A DNA stretch of 64,000 nt from an uncultured Candidatus Saccharibacteria bacterium (GTDB lineage: Bacteria > Patescibacteriota > Minisyncoccia > Phycocordibacterales > 2-02-FULL-43-11): the NCBI GenBank assembly GCA_964348785.1, contig CAYGDO010000001.1:21724-85723 (forward strand), given 5' to 3'. The notes below the pieces were generated by a model that saw nothing but the letters and a program-made list of their open reading frames with translations, was not told the origin of the DNA and did no database searches. Shown here one piece after another: positions 11,112-20,640 of this stretch (positions are counted from its first letter, which is position 1; the number at the start of each line of letters is the position of its first letter). The position numbers and the translations under genes are program-made.

Positions 11112-11714
11112 TTATTTTATCCAACCAATAAGGTTGAAGTCGCCGTTATAATAATAAGAAGTATTTGATGTCGTTAGACCTTCAAGCCTTTTTTTAGCCT
11201 TTCCTTTAGAAATAAAGTAGCCTCGATTGCTATTGTCAGAACCAAATAGTTCAAAAATACCATAATTACCACCCTCATAAGTGACGTTGTAACCATCAGG
11301 TGATGACGGACCAGCATCAAACGTCATCTTCTTTGCCTCCTCAAAAGAAATTTTCTTTGAAGAACTGTTTTTAACATCATACACAAACAAATCTGGAGCT
11401 TCTTTCCTATTTTCAACCTTATCGTAACTGTTTAAAGGTATTGGTGACAAAACCAAATTTCCATCTTTTATATCGTATTTATTTTTATAGCCATAACTTA
11501 CATAACCATCTGCACTGTAAATAAAATTATAAGTTGGTTTTATTGAAAATGTTGGTAAAAAAACCACTAACAAAATTACTGCTAAAAAGACTATAGGTAA
11601 TGCTATAGCCACTATAATTGGCAAGTTTTTATTATTCATACTCTCAATTCTACACCCATTAGCCCCTCCTGCAAATGTAGACTCGCAGATGTTACAGATG
11701 GTGCCCATCTGCAA
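11112..11714 (-). CDS. membrane-anchored hypothetical protein
   Basis: 200 aa; single TM then soluble domain; true start may be internal MNNKN. Confidence 0.45.
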   Translation of the reverse strand: MQMGTICNICESTFAGGANGCRIESMNNKNLPIIVAIALPIVFLAVILLVVFLPTFSIKPTYNFIYSADGYVSYGYKNKYDIKDGNLVLSPIPLNSYDKVENRKEAPDLFVYDVKNSSSKKISFEEAKKMTFDAGPSSPDGYNVTYEGGNYGIFELFGSDNSNRGYFISKGKAKKRLEGLTTSNTSYYYNGDFNLIGWIK

Positions 11715-11720
11715 TTGATA

Positions 11721-12350
11721 TTATTTTTCACCAAACATCATCTTTAAGGTAGGCGGTAAATCTTCGGGTCTATCAATTATTTTATAAGGATTACCAAGTA
11801 AAAGAGTTTCTCTATTATGAAAACCCCAACTTACAGCCAACGATTTTACACCTGTTTCGGTGGCTTCTTTTACATCTCCCAAAGTATCAGTCACAAAAAC
11901 GCAATCGCGCGGACCAATATTATATTTAGCAAAAACCATTTTAATCTTTTCTACCTTACTTGTATGAACATCATTCCCCATAATTTCTGTAAAATGTTTT
12001 GCCAAATCAAATTTCACCAAAATTTCCAATAAAGGAGCAGAAATTGTAGAAGAAATGACAATGAGAATATAATCCTTAGAAATTTTTTCTATCGCCTGTT
12101 TCATGCCAGGAAAAACTTTAACCTGAGAACGCATTCTAGGAACATATTCATCAAAAAAATTTATATCATGACGACATTTATCAGAATGTTTTTCATCAAA
12201 CTTTTCCCAATCATTTATATTGCCTTCAAATCGCTTTTTGTGACCCTCAGCGGTGATATGTGGACACATCATTTGAGCAACACCAAGCGCAATGTTAAAA
12301 GAATCAACAATTACCCCATCAAAATCAAAAAGTATAAAAGATTTTTTCAT
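11721..12350 (-). CDS. HAD-superfamily hydrolase
   Basis: 209 aa; motif I FDFDGVIVDS, C-terminal VTDTLGD. Confidence 0.7.
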   Translation of the reverse strand: MKKSFILFDFDGVIVDSFNIALGVAQMMCPHITAEGHKKRFEGNINDWEKFDEKHSDKCRHDINFFDEYVPRMRSQVKVFPGMKQAIEKISKDYILIVISSTISAPLLEILVKFDLAKHFTEIMGNDVHTSKVEKIKMVFAKYNIGPRDCVFVTDTLGDVKEATETGVKSLAVSWGFHNRETLLLGNPYKIIDRPEDLPPTLKMMFGEK

Positions 12351-12466
12351 ATTATTTTTTTATCCAATTTTTTGACAAATTAAGAATCCGACACCTGCCA
12401 TTAAATCCTTTATTATCAATGTATTATAACAATTTTCCGCTTATTCACATCAATATATTAAATACC

Positions 12467-12495
12467 ATTGACACTATTAAATTGACGTGGTAATT
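12467..12495 (+). promoter_or_regulatory. sigma70-like promoter TTGACA-N17-TAATTT driving GC-rich cassette gene 1 (contains internal TTGAC direct repeat)
   Basis: cattgacactattaaattgacgtggtaattta; near-identical copy at 13287-13315. Confidence 0.55.
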
Positions 12496-12541
12496 TACTC
12501 TCTAACTTGCCCAACGCGGGCGAGAGTACACCAAGAATCAA

Positions 12542-13159
12542 ATGAGCACACAGGCAAAAACCCCGGAAACCCCGACTCCCAACGCCAAACCCGAACCGCC
12601 GAAGGCCTCCGTGCCTCCGCCGCTACCGAAGCCGTCACTCGAGCAGGTCTTCACGACCCGCCTCGACGCGATCTTCGCAGGCCAGCGGACCCCCGAAGCG
12701 GAGCTGTTCGAGCCCCTCGAAAGGCTCGACCCCAGAAAGCACGAGATCATCGGGATCGTCACCGACCAGAAGAGCCGGGAGCTCTTCTCCCTGGCCCGGC
12801 GACTGGAGGAAGAGCAGAAAGGTGTCCCTCTGGCCCGCAAGCCCGGACAAATCCCCCAACACGAGACCGATGTCGCGACGATCAACAATCAGCGCAAAAC
12901 GGTCTTGAGCCTCTTCTGGCATCATGCCAAAGCAACGGGCATCAAGGCGGGAACGCCCACCGACATGTCGATTGGGATCGTGCAGGGATGGAAACTGGTC
13001 ATTGCTCCCAGTGAGGGAGAAGTCCTCGGTGGACTCGTCGAAATCATGGGCATGGGGCTTCCTCCCGGGCTCCTCGACCACCTCCGTCGCGGTCAAGACG
13101 GTGATCCCGGCGACGACCGCCGGCCCAGCAGGGGCTTCGGTAGCCCCGAAGGCGACTAA
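12542..13159 (+). CDS. GC-rich Pro-rich hypothetical protein, paralogue 1 of tandem cassette
   Basis: 205 aa; shares RLDAIFAGQRTPEAELFEP / DQKSRELFSLARRLEEE block with paralogue 2 (RLAAIFTGATTPKEDLFEP / DQRSRELYSLAQLLKEE); flanked by promoter and terminator on + strand. Confidence 0.55.
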   Translation: MSTQAKTPETPTPNAKPEPPKASVPPPLPKPSLEQVFTTRLDAIFAGQRTPEAELFEPLERLDPRKHEIIGIVTDQKSRELFSLARRLEEEQKGVPLARKPGQIPQHETDVATINNQRKTVLSLFWHHAKATGIKAGTPTDMSIGIVQGWKLVIAPSEGEVLGGLVEIMGMGLPPGLLDHLRRGQDGDPGDDRRPSRGFGSPEGD

Positions 13160-13188
13160 ACCCGCCTCGCTCACCTCGACCCCCTCAC

Positions 13189-13222
13189 GCGCAGCGTCCT
13201 CCCTGGACACTGCGCTTTTTTT
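13189..13222 (+). terminator. rho-independent terminator (GCGCAGCGTCC-TCCC-TGGACACTGCGC + T7)
   Basis: hairpin plus U-run; near-identical copy at 14147-14180. Confidence 0.7.
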
Positions 13223-13286
13223 ATTCAAAATTTTAAATACCCTTCAAAATATTTTTTACTCATTATAATCTCCATATTTTCCATCA

Positions 13287-13315
13287 TTGACACTATCAAA
13301 TTGACGTGGTAATTT
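13287..13315 (+). promoter_or_regulatory. second copy of cassette promoter TTGACA-N17-TAATTT
   Basis: catcattgacactatcaaattgacgtggtaattta. Confidence 0.55.
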
Positions 13316-13376
13316 ATTTTCACTTGGCCAATGGTGGTCAAGAGTACACACAAGAACCAAATCATCAGGCAAAACC

Positions 13377-14114
13377 ATGAATCCTCAACACGAGACACCG
13401 CCCGACAGCGCCAGTGCCGTCCCGAACGAAGTGCCCCCGCCGACCGAAGGCGAGCAACAACAGGGACTTCCTCCTGTGATCGGCCCGGAACTCACCGCCG
13501 CACCGCCCGAACCCCAGGTCGCCGCTGAAGGAAACGATGCACCCCCGACCACGAAACCGGCGCCGGAGACTCAGCCGGCACCCTCGCTGGCGTGGGTCTT
13601 CATGAATCGCCTGGCCGCGATCTTCACGGGAGCAACCACCCCGAAAGAGGACCTGTTCGAGCCGATCCAGGACTACGGCTTCGACCGAATCGACGGACTT
13701 GAATTCGCCGGCGTCATCCACGACCAGCGGAGCCGGGAGCTCTACTCCCTCGCACAGCTCCTCAAGGAAGAACGGGGCTCCCTCCGTCAACCCCGCAAGT
13801 CGAAAGAGGTCAAAGACCACGACCTGCGGAGTGCGATTCTCCAGGAGCAAGAGAAACTCGCCATGGCACTCTTCGTCCAAGCGGTCAAAGCCGAACTGCC
13901 GAAGGCCGACGTTAACGACCTCACTATCGCTGTGTTCGAGGACTGGCGAGTCGGCGTCGCAAGGCAAGACAATCAGGATGGTGGTTTCCAGTCCCGTCTC
14001 GCCGAGGCCATCGGCCTTCCGCCGGAGCTCATCGCCCATCTCAGTCGCCGTTCGCGCGACGAAGACCCCCACGCTCGCGAAGAGCGACTCTACCCCGGTG
14101 GCGGACGCGGTTGA
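13377..14114 (+). CDS. GC-rich Pro-rich hypothetical protein, paralogue 2 of tandem cassette
   Basis: 245 aa; paralogous to 12542-13159 at protein level with synonymous-type nucleotide divergence. Confidence 0.55.
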   Translation: MNPQHETPPDSASAVPNEVPPPTEGEQQQGLPPVIGPELTAAPPEPQVAAEGNDAPPTTKPAPETQPAPSLAWVFMNRLAAIFTGATTPKEDLFEPIQDYGFDRIDGLEFAGVIHDQRSRELYSLAQLLKEERGSLRQPRKSKEVKDHDLRSAILQEQEKLAMALFVQAVKAELPKADVNDLTIAVFEDWRVGVARQDNQDGGFQSRLAEAIGLPPELIAHLSRRSRDEDPHAREERLYPGGGRG

Positions 14115-14146
14115 GTGATTCTCTCCAGTCCGAATCGACCTCTCGC

Positions 14147-14180
14147 GCGCAGCGTCCTCCCTGGACACTGCGCTTTTTTT
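14147..14180 (+). terminator. rho-independent terminator, copy 2
   Basis: gcgcagcgtcctccctggacactgcgcttttttt. Confidence 0.7.
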
Positions 14181-14212
14181 ATTCAAAATTTTTTATGCTC
14201 TTAACTAAAAAA

Positions 14213-14833
14213 CTAAATAGTTGCCCCATCTCCAAGGCCCATTCTTTCTTTGTATTGTTCAATAACTTCTGGATATTTTCCTTCTTTACATTCCGCAACA
14301 AATTTATCCGCCTTCTCTCCATTTTCAAATGTCATATACATCAATGATTCTTCACATACAACATTTATATTTAATTTTCCTTGAACTGCGGGTGAACTTG
14401 ATAACATTTTTGTAACAGTAAATATTCCCTCCATATTATATCTGCCCCACTGATTGGCACTTAACGCTTCTTTAATTACGGTGAAACCTTCAGCTTTAAT
14501 TTTTTTACCATTAGTAAAATCCTTTATAGCTTGAGATGATGCACCAAAATTTACAGCGTAATATTTTCCATCATCTGTCTTAATTCCAAAAGTACATTCG
14601 TCTGGATACAAACGAGTATTATCTTTGTGAGGTAAACAAACATAAACACCACTAAGAGTCACATTTTTTGGAGTTGGGTCTAAATCAGTATTAACCTTTC
14701 CTGAATTACTAAAAAAGATTGGATACGGCTCAGCTGGTCTTCTTCTTGAATTATCAAAAAAGAAATAGCAGGCACTCAGTATGTTCAATATAACAAAAAT
14801 TATAAAAAAAATAATTATATTTTTTGTTTTCAT
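14213..14833 (-). CDS. secreted/membrane-anchored hypothetical protein
   Basis: 206 aa with N-terminal hydrophobic signal-like segment. Confidence 0.5.
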   Translation of the reverse strand: MKTKNIIIFFIIFVILNILSACYFFFDNSRRRPAEPYPIFFSNSGKVNTDLDPTPKNVTLSGVYVCLPHKDNTRLYPDECTFGIKTDDGKYYAVNFGASSQAIKDFTNGKKIKAEGFTVIKEALSANQWGRYNMEGIFTVTKMLSSSPAVQGKLNINVVCEESLMYMTFENGEKADKFVAECKEGKYPEVIEQYKERMGLGDGATI

Positions 14834-14861
14834 AATTTAAATAAAAAAATAATAAAATTTG

Positions 14862-15482
14862 TTACCTCAAAACAGATATTAACACTGGGTACACTTTCTC
14901 CGCAATAATTTTATACCCTTCATCGTTTGGATGTATGCCATCCGACATAAATTTTGGATTACCAAACAATCCATCAAGAACATTAGGAACAAAAGCTGTC
15001 CGATACTTCTGACTAATTTCTTTAAATTCAGGTTTAAACTTATCTCCAAGCAATCCACCCTTTACTCCAAGAAGCAAAACAACCGCTCCAGTCGAATGAA
15101 CTTTTTGTATAATCAACTCTAAATTTTTAAACGTGGTTTCAGTCTTTATTCTTCTTATTGCATCATTGCCCCCCAGCAATATCATAACCACCTTTGGATT
15201 ATATTTTTCAATTTCTCCAATGCGTTTCAAACCATCTTCAGTCGTGTTGCCTGAAATCCCAAGATTCATAATTTCTCTCCCAGTTTTTTTGGACAACAAA
15301 GATACAAAATCATTTCCCACCGTAGAGCCTACCCCTTCAACCAAACTGTCTCCAAAAGCAATAATTTCTGTACCAGAAGAGGGATAATTTTTTATCTGAT
15401 AATTGTCTTTTTTGAATAACCAAAAAAAGCCGATGATCAAAAACACCAGCGCAATTATCAATAAATAATATTTTTTGCTCAT
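14862..15482 (-). CDS. SGNH/GDSL-family hydrolase (arylesterase/lipase-like)
   Basis: 206 aa; IIAFGDSLVEG (block I GDS), LGGNDA (block III), DGIHPN (block V). Confidence 0.7.
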   Translation of the reverse strand: MSKKYYLLIIALVFLIIGFFWLFKKDNYQIKNYPSSGTEIIAFGDSLVEGVGSTVGNDFVSLLSKKTGREIMNLGISGNTTEDGLKRIGEIEKYNPKVVMILLGGNDAIRRIKTETTFKNLELIIQKVHSTGAVVLLLGVKGGLLGDKFKPEFKEISQKYRTAFVPNVLDGLFGNPKFMSDGIHPNDEGYKIIAEKVYPVLISVLR

Positions 15483-16027
15483 TTAGCAAAAATCTTAACA
15501 CTGTCTTTAATCGTTACAAAATCCTGAATTATTTGCTCGCCCATTTCTAAATAAGTGACAGAAAAAACATAGACCCAATTTGGTTGTGCTGTAACGATTG
15601 TTGTACCCTCATAAAGCCCAGACCAGCGATAAGAAAGTGCAGGAAAACTACCGATAGTTGTTGAAGATAATCTACCTTCGCCAAGTTTGAAATTTGATTC
15701 ACTCGTATTACGTATCCAATCTTCCGTCGTCTGTTTATCAAGATTATTCTGATAGATATCTATATTTATAGACACAGGACCTTCACCTCCAACTGGTGGT
15801 GGCAAATCTTTTTTTTGGATTAAAGTAATAATGTGATGTTTTCTCATTCCACTTCCCGGAGCATCTATTTCCGTCAAAACGTAATCTTTTGGATAATAAA
15901 ATAAAATACCGTATTCATCACTTGAATATTTTAAAATATCAGCTTTCTTAGTTGTTAAAGCTAAATAAATAGTCACAGCAACTAATAAAACTAAAATGAG
16001 TACAAATAATTTTTTTAATGTTTTCAT
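15479..16027 (-). CDS. membrane-anchored hypothetical protein
   Basis: 182 aa, N-terminal TM, overlaps downstream gene start by 4 nt. Confidence 0.5.
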   Translation of the reverse strand: MKTLKKLFVLILVLLVAVTIYLALTTKKADILKYSSDEYGILFYYPKDYVLTEIDAPGSGMRKHHIITLIQKKDLPPPVGGEGPVSINIDIYQNNLDKQTTEDWIRNTSESNFKLGEGRLSSTTIGSFPALSYRWSGLYEGTTIVTAQPNWVYVFSVTYLEMGEQIIQDFVTIKDSVKIFAK

Positions 16028-16042
16028 AAATTATAAATAAAA

Positions 16043-16651
16043 TTAAGCTCCCACCTGCCAAGCTTTTACCGCTTCAGATGGATAAACAAACATAAGAATG
16101 TTTAATAACAAACCGTCACGCACAAAATAAGCCGTCATAATTTCAAAAACTACAGCAATCAAGACAATAGACCAGACCGGCAATTTTCTTGCCATAACAA
16201 AACCGATAGCCATCCAAACAACATCAAAAACTGAATTCAAAATGCTATCGCCGATATAACCAAGAGAGACTGTATTGTTTCTATAATATTCAATTATCCA
16301 GGTTGAATTTTCAATAACCTCCCAAGTGGTTTCCAAAAGCACAGCACCAATAAACATTAGACCGAGAGGCAAACCGCCTTTTTTCCCGAAAAATTTTTTG
16401 GAAATCCAAATAAAAAAACCATAAAACACGAAGCCGTGAATGATATGAGAAAAGGTATACCAATCAGCGATTTGTTGAGAATTTGAAGAGCTCATCACAT
16501 CACCCTCCCAAAATTTTATAAAACCACACTCACATATTGCCTGCCTACCCATAACATAGAGAATTAAAATCTGGGCCAAAACAATGCCAAGGAAAATAAG
16601 CACATAAGTCGGCACCGTTATTTTTTTATACCAAGGAGAATTTTCTTGCAT
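16043..16651 (-). CDS. integral membrane protein, hypothetical
   Basis: 202 aa, multiple hydrophobic helices. Confidence 0.5.
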   Translation of the reverse strand: MQENSPWYKKITVPTYVLIFLGIVLAQILILYVMGRQAICECGFIKFWEGDVMSSSNSQQIADWYTFSHIIHGFVFYGFFIWISKKFFGKKGGLPLGLMFIGAVLLETTWEVIENSTWIIEYYRNNTVSLGYIGDSILNSVFDVVWMAIGFVMARKLPVWSIVLIAVVFEIMTAYFVRDGLLLNILMFVYPSEAVKAWQVGA

Positions 16652-16668
16652 ATGCCTCTATTCTAGCA

Positions 16669-17214
16669 TTATTTCGAGTTCATTTTCACCAACTCGCTTA
16701 ATTTCCTAACAGTATTCACATTTCTTGCTGTCATATTTTTATATAACAACGAACCAATAAATTTATTCATACCACTTTTTGTGTAATTTTTTCTATCAAT
16801 ATTCCAAATTATCGCCCCATCAACATAAATCAAATTATCAATACCCTCTTTTTTATTGATTAAATCAAGAGATTTTTTATTATCAAATTCTTCCCATAAA
16901 AACAAAACATCAGTTTTCATATCATCATTATTTTCCCATTTGGTAGGAATATTTTTACAAACTTTTTCAATATTTTTGCCGTCTCTTAAAACCACTCTAA
17001 TTTCAAATTTAAAATTATCTTTTAGTGCTTTCTCTATTTCTTTTTTTAACATCTCATCATTTTTCTCTTCAGTCTCAAAAATGACATTCCCAGTATTTAT
17101 ATATGTAGAAACATTCAAATAACCCAAATCCTCAAAAGTCTTTTTAAGTTTTGGCATCTCAACCTTATTATTTCCTCCAACATTTATTCCTCTAAGTAAT
17201 GCGATGTATTTCAT
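16669..17214 (-). CDS. DUF1697-family protein
   Basis: 181 aa; N-terminal MKYIALLRGINVGGNNKV characteristic of DUF1697. Confidence 0.55.
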   Translation of the reverse strand: MKYIALLRGINVGGNNKVEMPKLKKTFEDLGYLNVSTYINTGNVIFETEEKNDEMLKKEIEKALKDNFKFEIRVVLRDGKNIEKVCKNIPTKWENNDDMKTDVLFLWEEFDNKKSLDLINKKEGIDNLIYVDGAIIWNIDRKNYTKSGMNKFIGSLLYKNMTARNVNTVRKLSELVKMNSK

Positions 17215-17676
17215 TTACAACATTCCCAATTTAGTAAAAAGTTCAACAGAAGGCGGACTAAGTTTAAAATTTTTCAAATCCGATATTTCCACCCACTCAT
17301 ATTCATCAAATTCTTCAATATCAAGAACAACAGATATTTCCTTTGCAGGTTTATCCAAAACAACTTTATAAGTGAAAAATTTCATTTTGGCGATAACTCG
17401 CTCACCCGTATCACGTAAAGTTTTTTCTGCTTCGCCGATCATAGAATCATCTACCAATTCTGCTTCACAAAAAGAAACGTCAATACCTGTTTCCTCTTTC
17501 ACTTCTCTTATTAAAGCTTCGATTCTTGTTTCTCCACTTTCTACACCACCACCGGGAATTTTCCAACAATCGCCATAAACCACACCAGCATTGGCCTTAG
17601 TATTTCTGGCCAAAAACAATTTTCCATCACTTGAATATATATGTCCTGCTACAATTTCACGTTCTATAGTTCTCAT
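17215..17676 (-). CDS. NUDIX hydrolase
   Basis: 153 aa; Nudix box GGGVESGETRIEALIREVKEETG. Confidence 0.7.
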   Translation of the reverse strand: MRTIEREIVAGHIYSSDGKLFLARNTKANAGVVYGDCWKIPGGGVESGETRIEALIREVKEETGIDVSFCEAELVDDSMIGEAEKTLRDTGERVIAKMKFFTYKVVLDKPAKEISVVLDIEEFDEYEWVEISDLKNFKLSPPSVELFTKLGML

Positions 17677-18005
17677 AAAAGTCTAAACTTAATCATCTTT
17701 ACAACACTGTCCTCATTTACTTTTTCTCCGTAATATTTTTTGTAAGTTTCAAACATCCTTTCTTTACTTTCAAATTTTTCATGCCCGTCAAAATCATTGA
17801 CCTCAATTTCCCCGAGTCTTTTTTCTCTAACAGAAAGAACAACAGCTTCCCCAAATTTCTTTCCACTTTCTTTTTCCACCAAAGATAACTTATCACCAAC
17901 TTTTAAATCCTTATCGTCAAAAAGACGCCAAGTAGAATCTTTCTCTCCTGAAAGAATCAAAGAGACAAGTTTGCTGACAAATTTTAAAGTTTTATTATTT
18001 TTCAT
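17673..18005 (-). CDS. ASCH-domain protein
   Basis: 110 aa; ILSGEKDSTWR motif and beta-barrel-like pattern. Confidence 0.5.
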   Translation of the reverse strand: MKNNKTLKFVSKLVSLILSGEKDSTWRLFDDKDLKVGDKLSLVEKESGKKFGEAVVLSVREKRLGEIEVNDFDGHEKFESKERMFETYKKYYGEKVNEDSVVKMIKFRLL

Positions 18006-18548
18006 TTATTCTAAAATATAATCCCACCCTGGTTTCCAAGATTTTGTTTTTCTCCAATCTTCAGCAAAAGCTTGTTCCCAAGTCTTACCCTTCAAAATAA
18101 CATCAAGAGCAAGTTGAGGGGCTTTGTGAGCAACTATCGCAACACTTTTTCCATCATAATTATTTTTTAAATCTTTTAAAAAATTTAGAATTCTCATCCT
18201 AACATCCTCATAACTTTCTCCATTTGGCATAGGATTAAAAATTGATTTTTCTTGAAGAGGTTCAACAATGTCTGATAACTTTCCATTATAATCCCCATAA
18301 TTACATTCTCGTAATCTTTTATCTTGAACAATTGGCACAATTCCACCAAAAGTTAACTCCGCCGAATCAACCGCCCTTTTCAAATCAGAGGTAAAAACAA
18401 CATCAAATTTCTTATCTATTTGAGATAATAAATCTTTTGACTGTTTAATACCAAGTGGAGATAATTCAGCATCGTTCCAACCTGATGAAATTCCATTTTC
18501 ATTATCTATTGTCGTGCCGTGGACAAAATAAGTAATTTTTATTGACAT
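18006..18548 (-). CDS. histidine phosphatase superfamily protein (phosphoglycerate mutase-like)
   Basis: 180 aa; ITYFVHGTTIDN (RHG-like catalytic His), later AIVAHKAPQ. Confidence 0.65.
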   Translation of the reverse strand: MSIKITYFVHGTTIDNENGISSGWNDAELSPLGIKQSKDLLSQIDKKFDVVFTSDLKRAVDSAELTFGGIVPIVQDKRLRECNYGDYNGKLSDIVEPLQEKSIFNPMPNGESYEDVRMRILNFLKDLKNNYDGKSVAIVAHKAPQLALDVILKGKTWEQAFAEDWRKTKSWKPGWDYILE

Positions 18549-18643
18549 CTAGTGATTTTACCAGACAAAAGACTTTGAATAAATTAGAAACTTTTTTTGA
18601 CTTTAATAAACAAATTCGTTAATTTGTGATAAGGAGAAAACGC

Positions 18644-18916
18644 ATGAGCACGACGATAAAAAACCGACCTGTCGTTGGACAAGTTGTCCGATGGATTGAA
18701 CCGGGTGAGTACCCAAGAAACCCAGAATACATCACCAAAAAAAAGGCGGATTACCCAGGCGAACTGAGAATTCACTCAATTGAGAATCAGCCATCACGTG
18801 GGAAAGGATTCTTTTTCGTCACAGTATCTCACAACGGCTCGCCCATTATGAGCGCGGTAGACACGGGACGCCCTGCAATTTTTGATCCCTCTTGGTTCCA
18901 CTGGGATGGCGAGTAA
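18644..18916 (+). CDS. hypothetical small protein (moderately GC-rich)
   Basis: AGGAG 7 nt upstream of ATG at 18644; 90 aa. Confidence 0.4.
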   Translation: MSTTIKNRPVVGQVVRWIEPGEYPRNPEYITKKKADYPGELRIHSIENQPSRGKGFFFVTVSHNGSPIMSAVDTGRPAIFDPSWFHWDGE

Positions 18917-19147
18917 GTTCCTTACCATACATCTCCCAAACTGCCGATTCCCGGCGGTTTTTTTATTTACCCGCCAAACTTTATTACCGAACAATATTTA
19001 ATTTCTAATGTAATGCGCCTTACTTCTTTTATTAAAAAATCTCAAACATCTCAATTTCCATAAAGTTAGGCGGGTGAATCCCTAAAAAATTATAAAAACA
19101 ACGTACTTTAAATCCTTAAAGTACGTTGTCGACACTTCGCCATTCAA

Positions 19148-20548
19148 TCAACCAGAAAGAAGGTATCCGATGGCATCTGATGCTGTGTATGAGCCACGCT
19201 CGTGCGTCATTAACTGGCGCAAATACGCATGATCTTTCCCGAGCGTGACAATTGCAGATTCTCCTGGACTGCCGAGACCTACGGTCGCGGTCAACCCATT
19301 ACAAAGGCACCTAGCACCAATTGTATCTTCGGCTCGCCCACCCAGTCGTCCGTAATCACTAACAGGTTGTGCCCTGCAACGAAAACCGATTTCACCATCA
19401 GGTCTCTGATATGCGACTGACAGCGCGCACAAGTCACACACGCGAGGTCGATCTTCGTACACCTTTGCATCTGACAACGTGCCAGGTAGTTGCACTACCT
19501 GGAATGGAAACCCTGTAGGAGACGCGTTCGGATCGCTTAGGACCTCGAGTTCCCCCCGAAAACCCAGACGCCGAATTTCATTGCGATACTGTGACAAAAT
19601 GCCAGAATTATCGGAAAGCGCAAACATAGAGCCCACCTGAATTCCTGTTGCACCAAGATCTTGGGCTTCTCGTAGTCCAGCCGGAGAAGCAAGACTACCC
19701 CCAATCCAGAACGGGCGACCTAAATCGCGAATCTTTTGAAGGTTCGGCACATCACGTACGCCATAGACTGGTTCGCCTCGCGGATTCAATACCAACTGAC
19801 CACGAGGTGATGCATTATGTCCACCAGCACATTTTTTCTCAACGACAAATCCATAAATACCATCTCCAAGGCGTGCGTCCATTGCCATCGCAAGCACGTG
19901 AGATGAGACAATTGGCAAAAATAGCGGACGTGTTAGTCTCGGAAGCTTGTCTCCGAAATACCTCCTCGGATCAAAGTGAACCTCAATGTAACCAAGTGAA
20001 CTTCCTTCAACTACAACGCGGTACACCGCCGGCTCTCCTTTTGCGTATGCATCAAGTACTCCCGGCACCATCATGGGAATACCTGCTCCCATCGTCACGA
20101 CATGAACACCCGCAAGCATCGCGCCGTAAAGCTGGGCAAGAAGCATACACTGCATTTTCTCGAGCAAATTGATGCTGATTAATGCGCTGTGATCTTCCTT
20201 TGCCAACCAAACAATGGCGAATGTTGAAGCGACAGTAAGCTCAACCAGATCTGGACTTGGATTGAGATGAAATGCCGGCACAGGCTTAAACTGCTCTCCC
20301 TGTGCAATTCCACCATCAACGTAATACTTGCTGACAATCCTATCCGCAACACCTGCAAAAGGAAAATGCGCAAGTGCTCGCCTGAAGTGGCCACCAACAT
20401 CTCCCAGCTGAAGAATGCGCGACACCACAAACCAAGACGCAACACCGCTAACTGTAGACAAAACATCTGGAGATTTTGCACCTTCTTGTGCCAAATCCTT
20501 ATTAGAAACAGCGACACCCATACCGCCGATGATTATTCTTTTGTTCAT
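19148..20548 (-). CDS. nitronate monooxygenase/FabK-like NAD(P)H-dependent flavin oxidoreductase family protein (GC-rich)
   Basis: 466 aa; IIIGGMGVAVS N-terminus and GATGIQVGSMF TIM-barrel FMN motifs; AAAGGTG RBS. Confidence 0.5.
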   Translation of the reverse strand: MNKRIIIGGMGVAVSNKDLAQEGAKSPDVLSTVSGVASWFVVSRILQLGDVGGHFRRALAHFPFAGVADRIVSKYYVDGGIAQGEQFKPVPAFHLNPSPDLVELTVASTFAIVWLAKEDHSALISINLLEKMQCMLLAQLYGAMLAGVHVVTMGAGIPMMVPGVLDAYAKGEPAVYRVVVEGSSLGYIEVHFDPRRYFGDKLPRLTRPLFLPIVSSHVLAMAMDARLGDGIYGFVVEKKCAGGHNASPRGQLVLNPRGEPVYGVRDVPNLQKIRDLGRPFWIGGSLASPAGLREAQDLGATGIQVGSMFALSDNSGILSQYRNEIRRLGFRGELEVLSDPNASPTGFPFQVVQLPGTLSDAKVYEDRPRVCDLCALSVAYQRPDGEIGFRCRAQPVSDYGRLGGRAEDTIGARCLCNGLTATVGLGSPGESAIVTLGKDHAYLRQLMTHERGSYTASDAIGYLLSG

Positions 20549-20640
20549 AGCTCACACCTTTCTATCAATGAACTGTTAGAGTTGTTTAAAGTCTCACTCG
20601 CTAAATAATAACAGTTCTAAAAAAAATAATCCGAAGAAAT

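Noticed and set aside
12487-13014. Alternative plus-strand frame (175 aa, Arg-rich) overlapping cassette gene 1
   Set aside because: Arg/Pro-rich nonsense-like composition. Paralogue conservation supports the 12542-13159 frame instead.
12635-14186. Long minus-strand ORFs (12635-13228 and 13365-14186) antisense to the GC-rich cassette genes, both beginning MNKKSAVSREDAAR
   Set aside because: The shared N-terminus is simply the duplicated terminator palindrome read backwards. The promoters and U-run terminators are oriented for the plus strand. Open antisense frames are expected in high-GC DNA.
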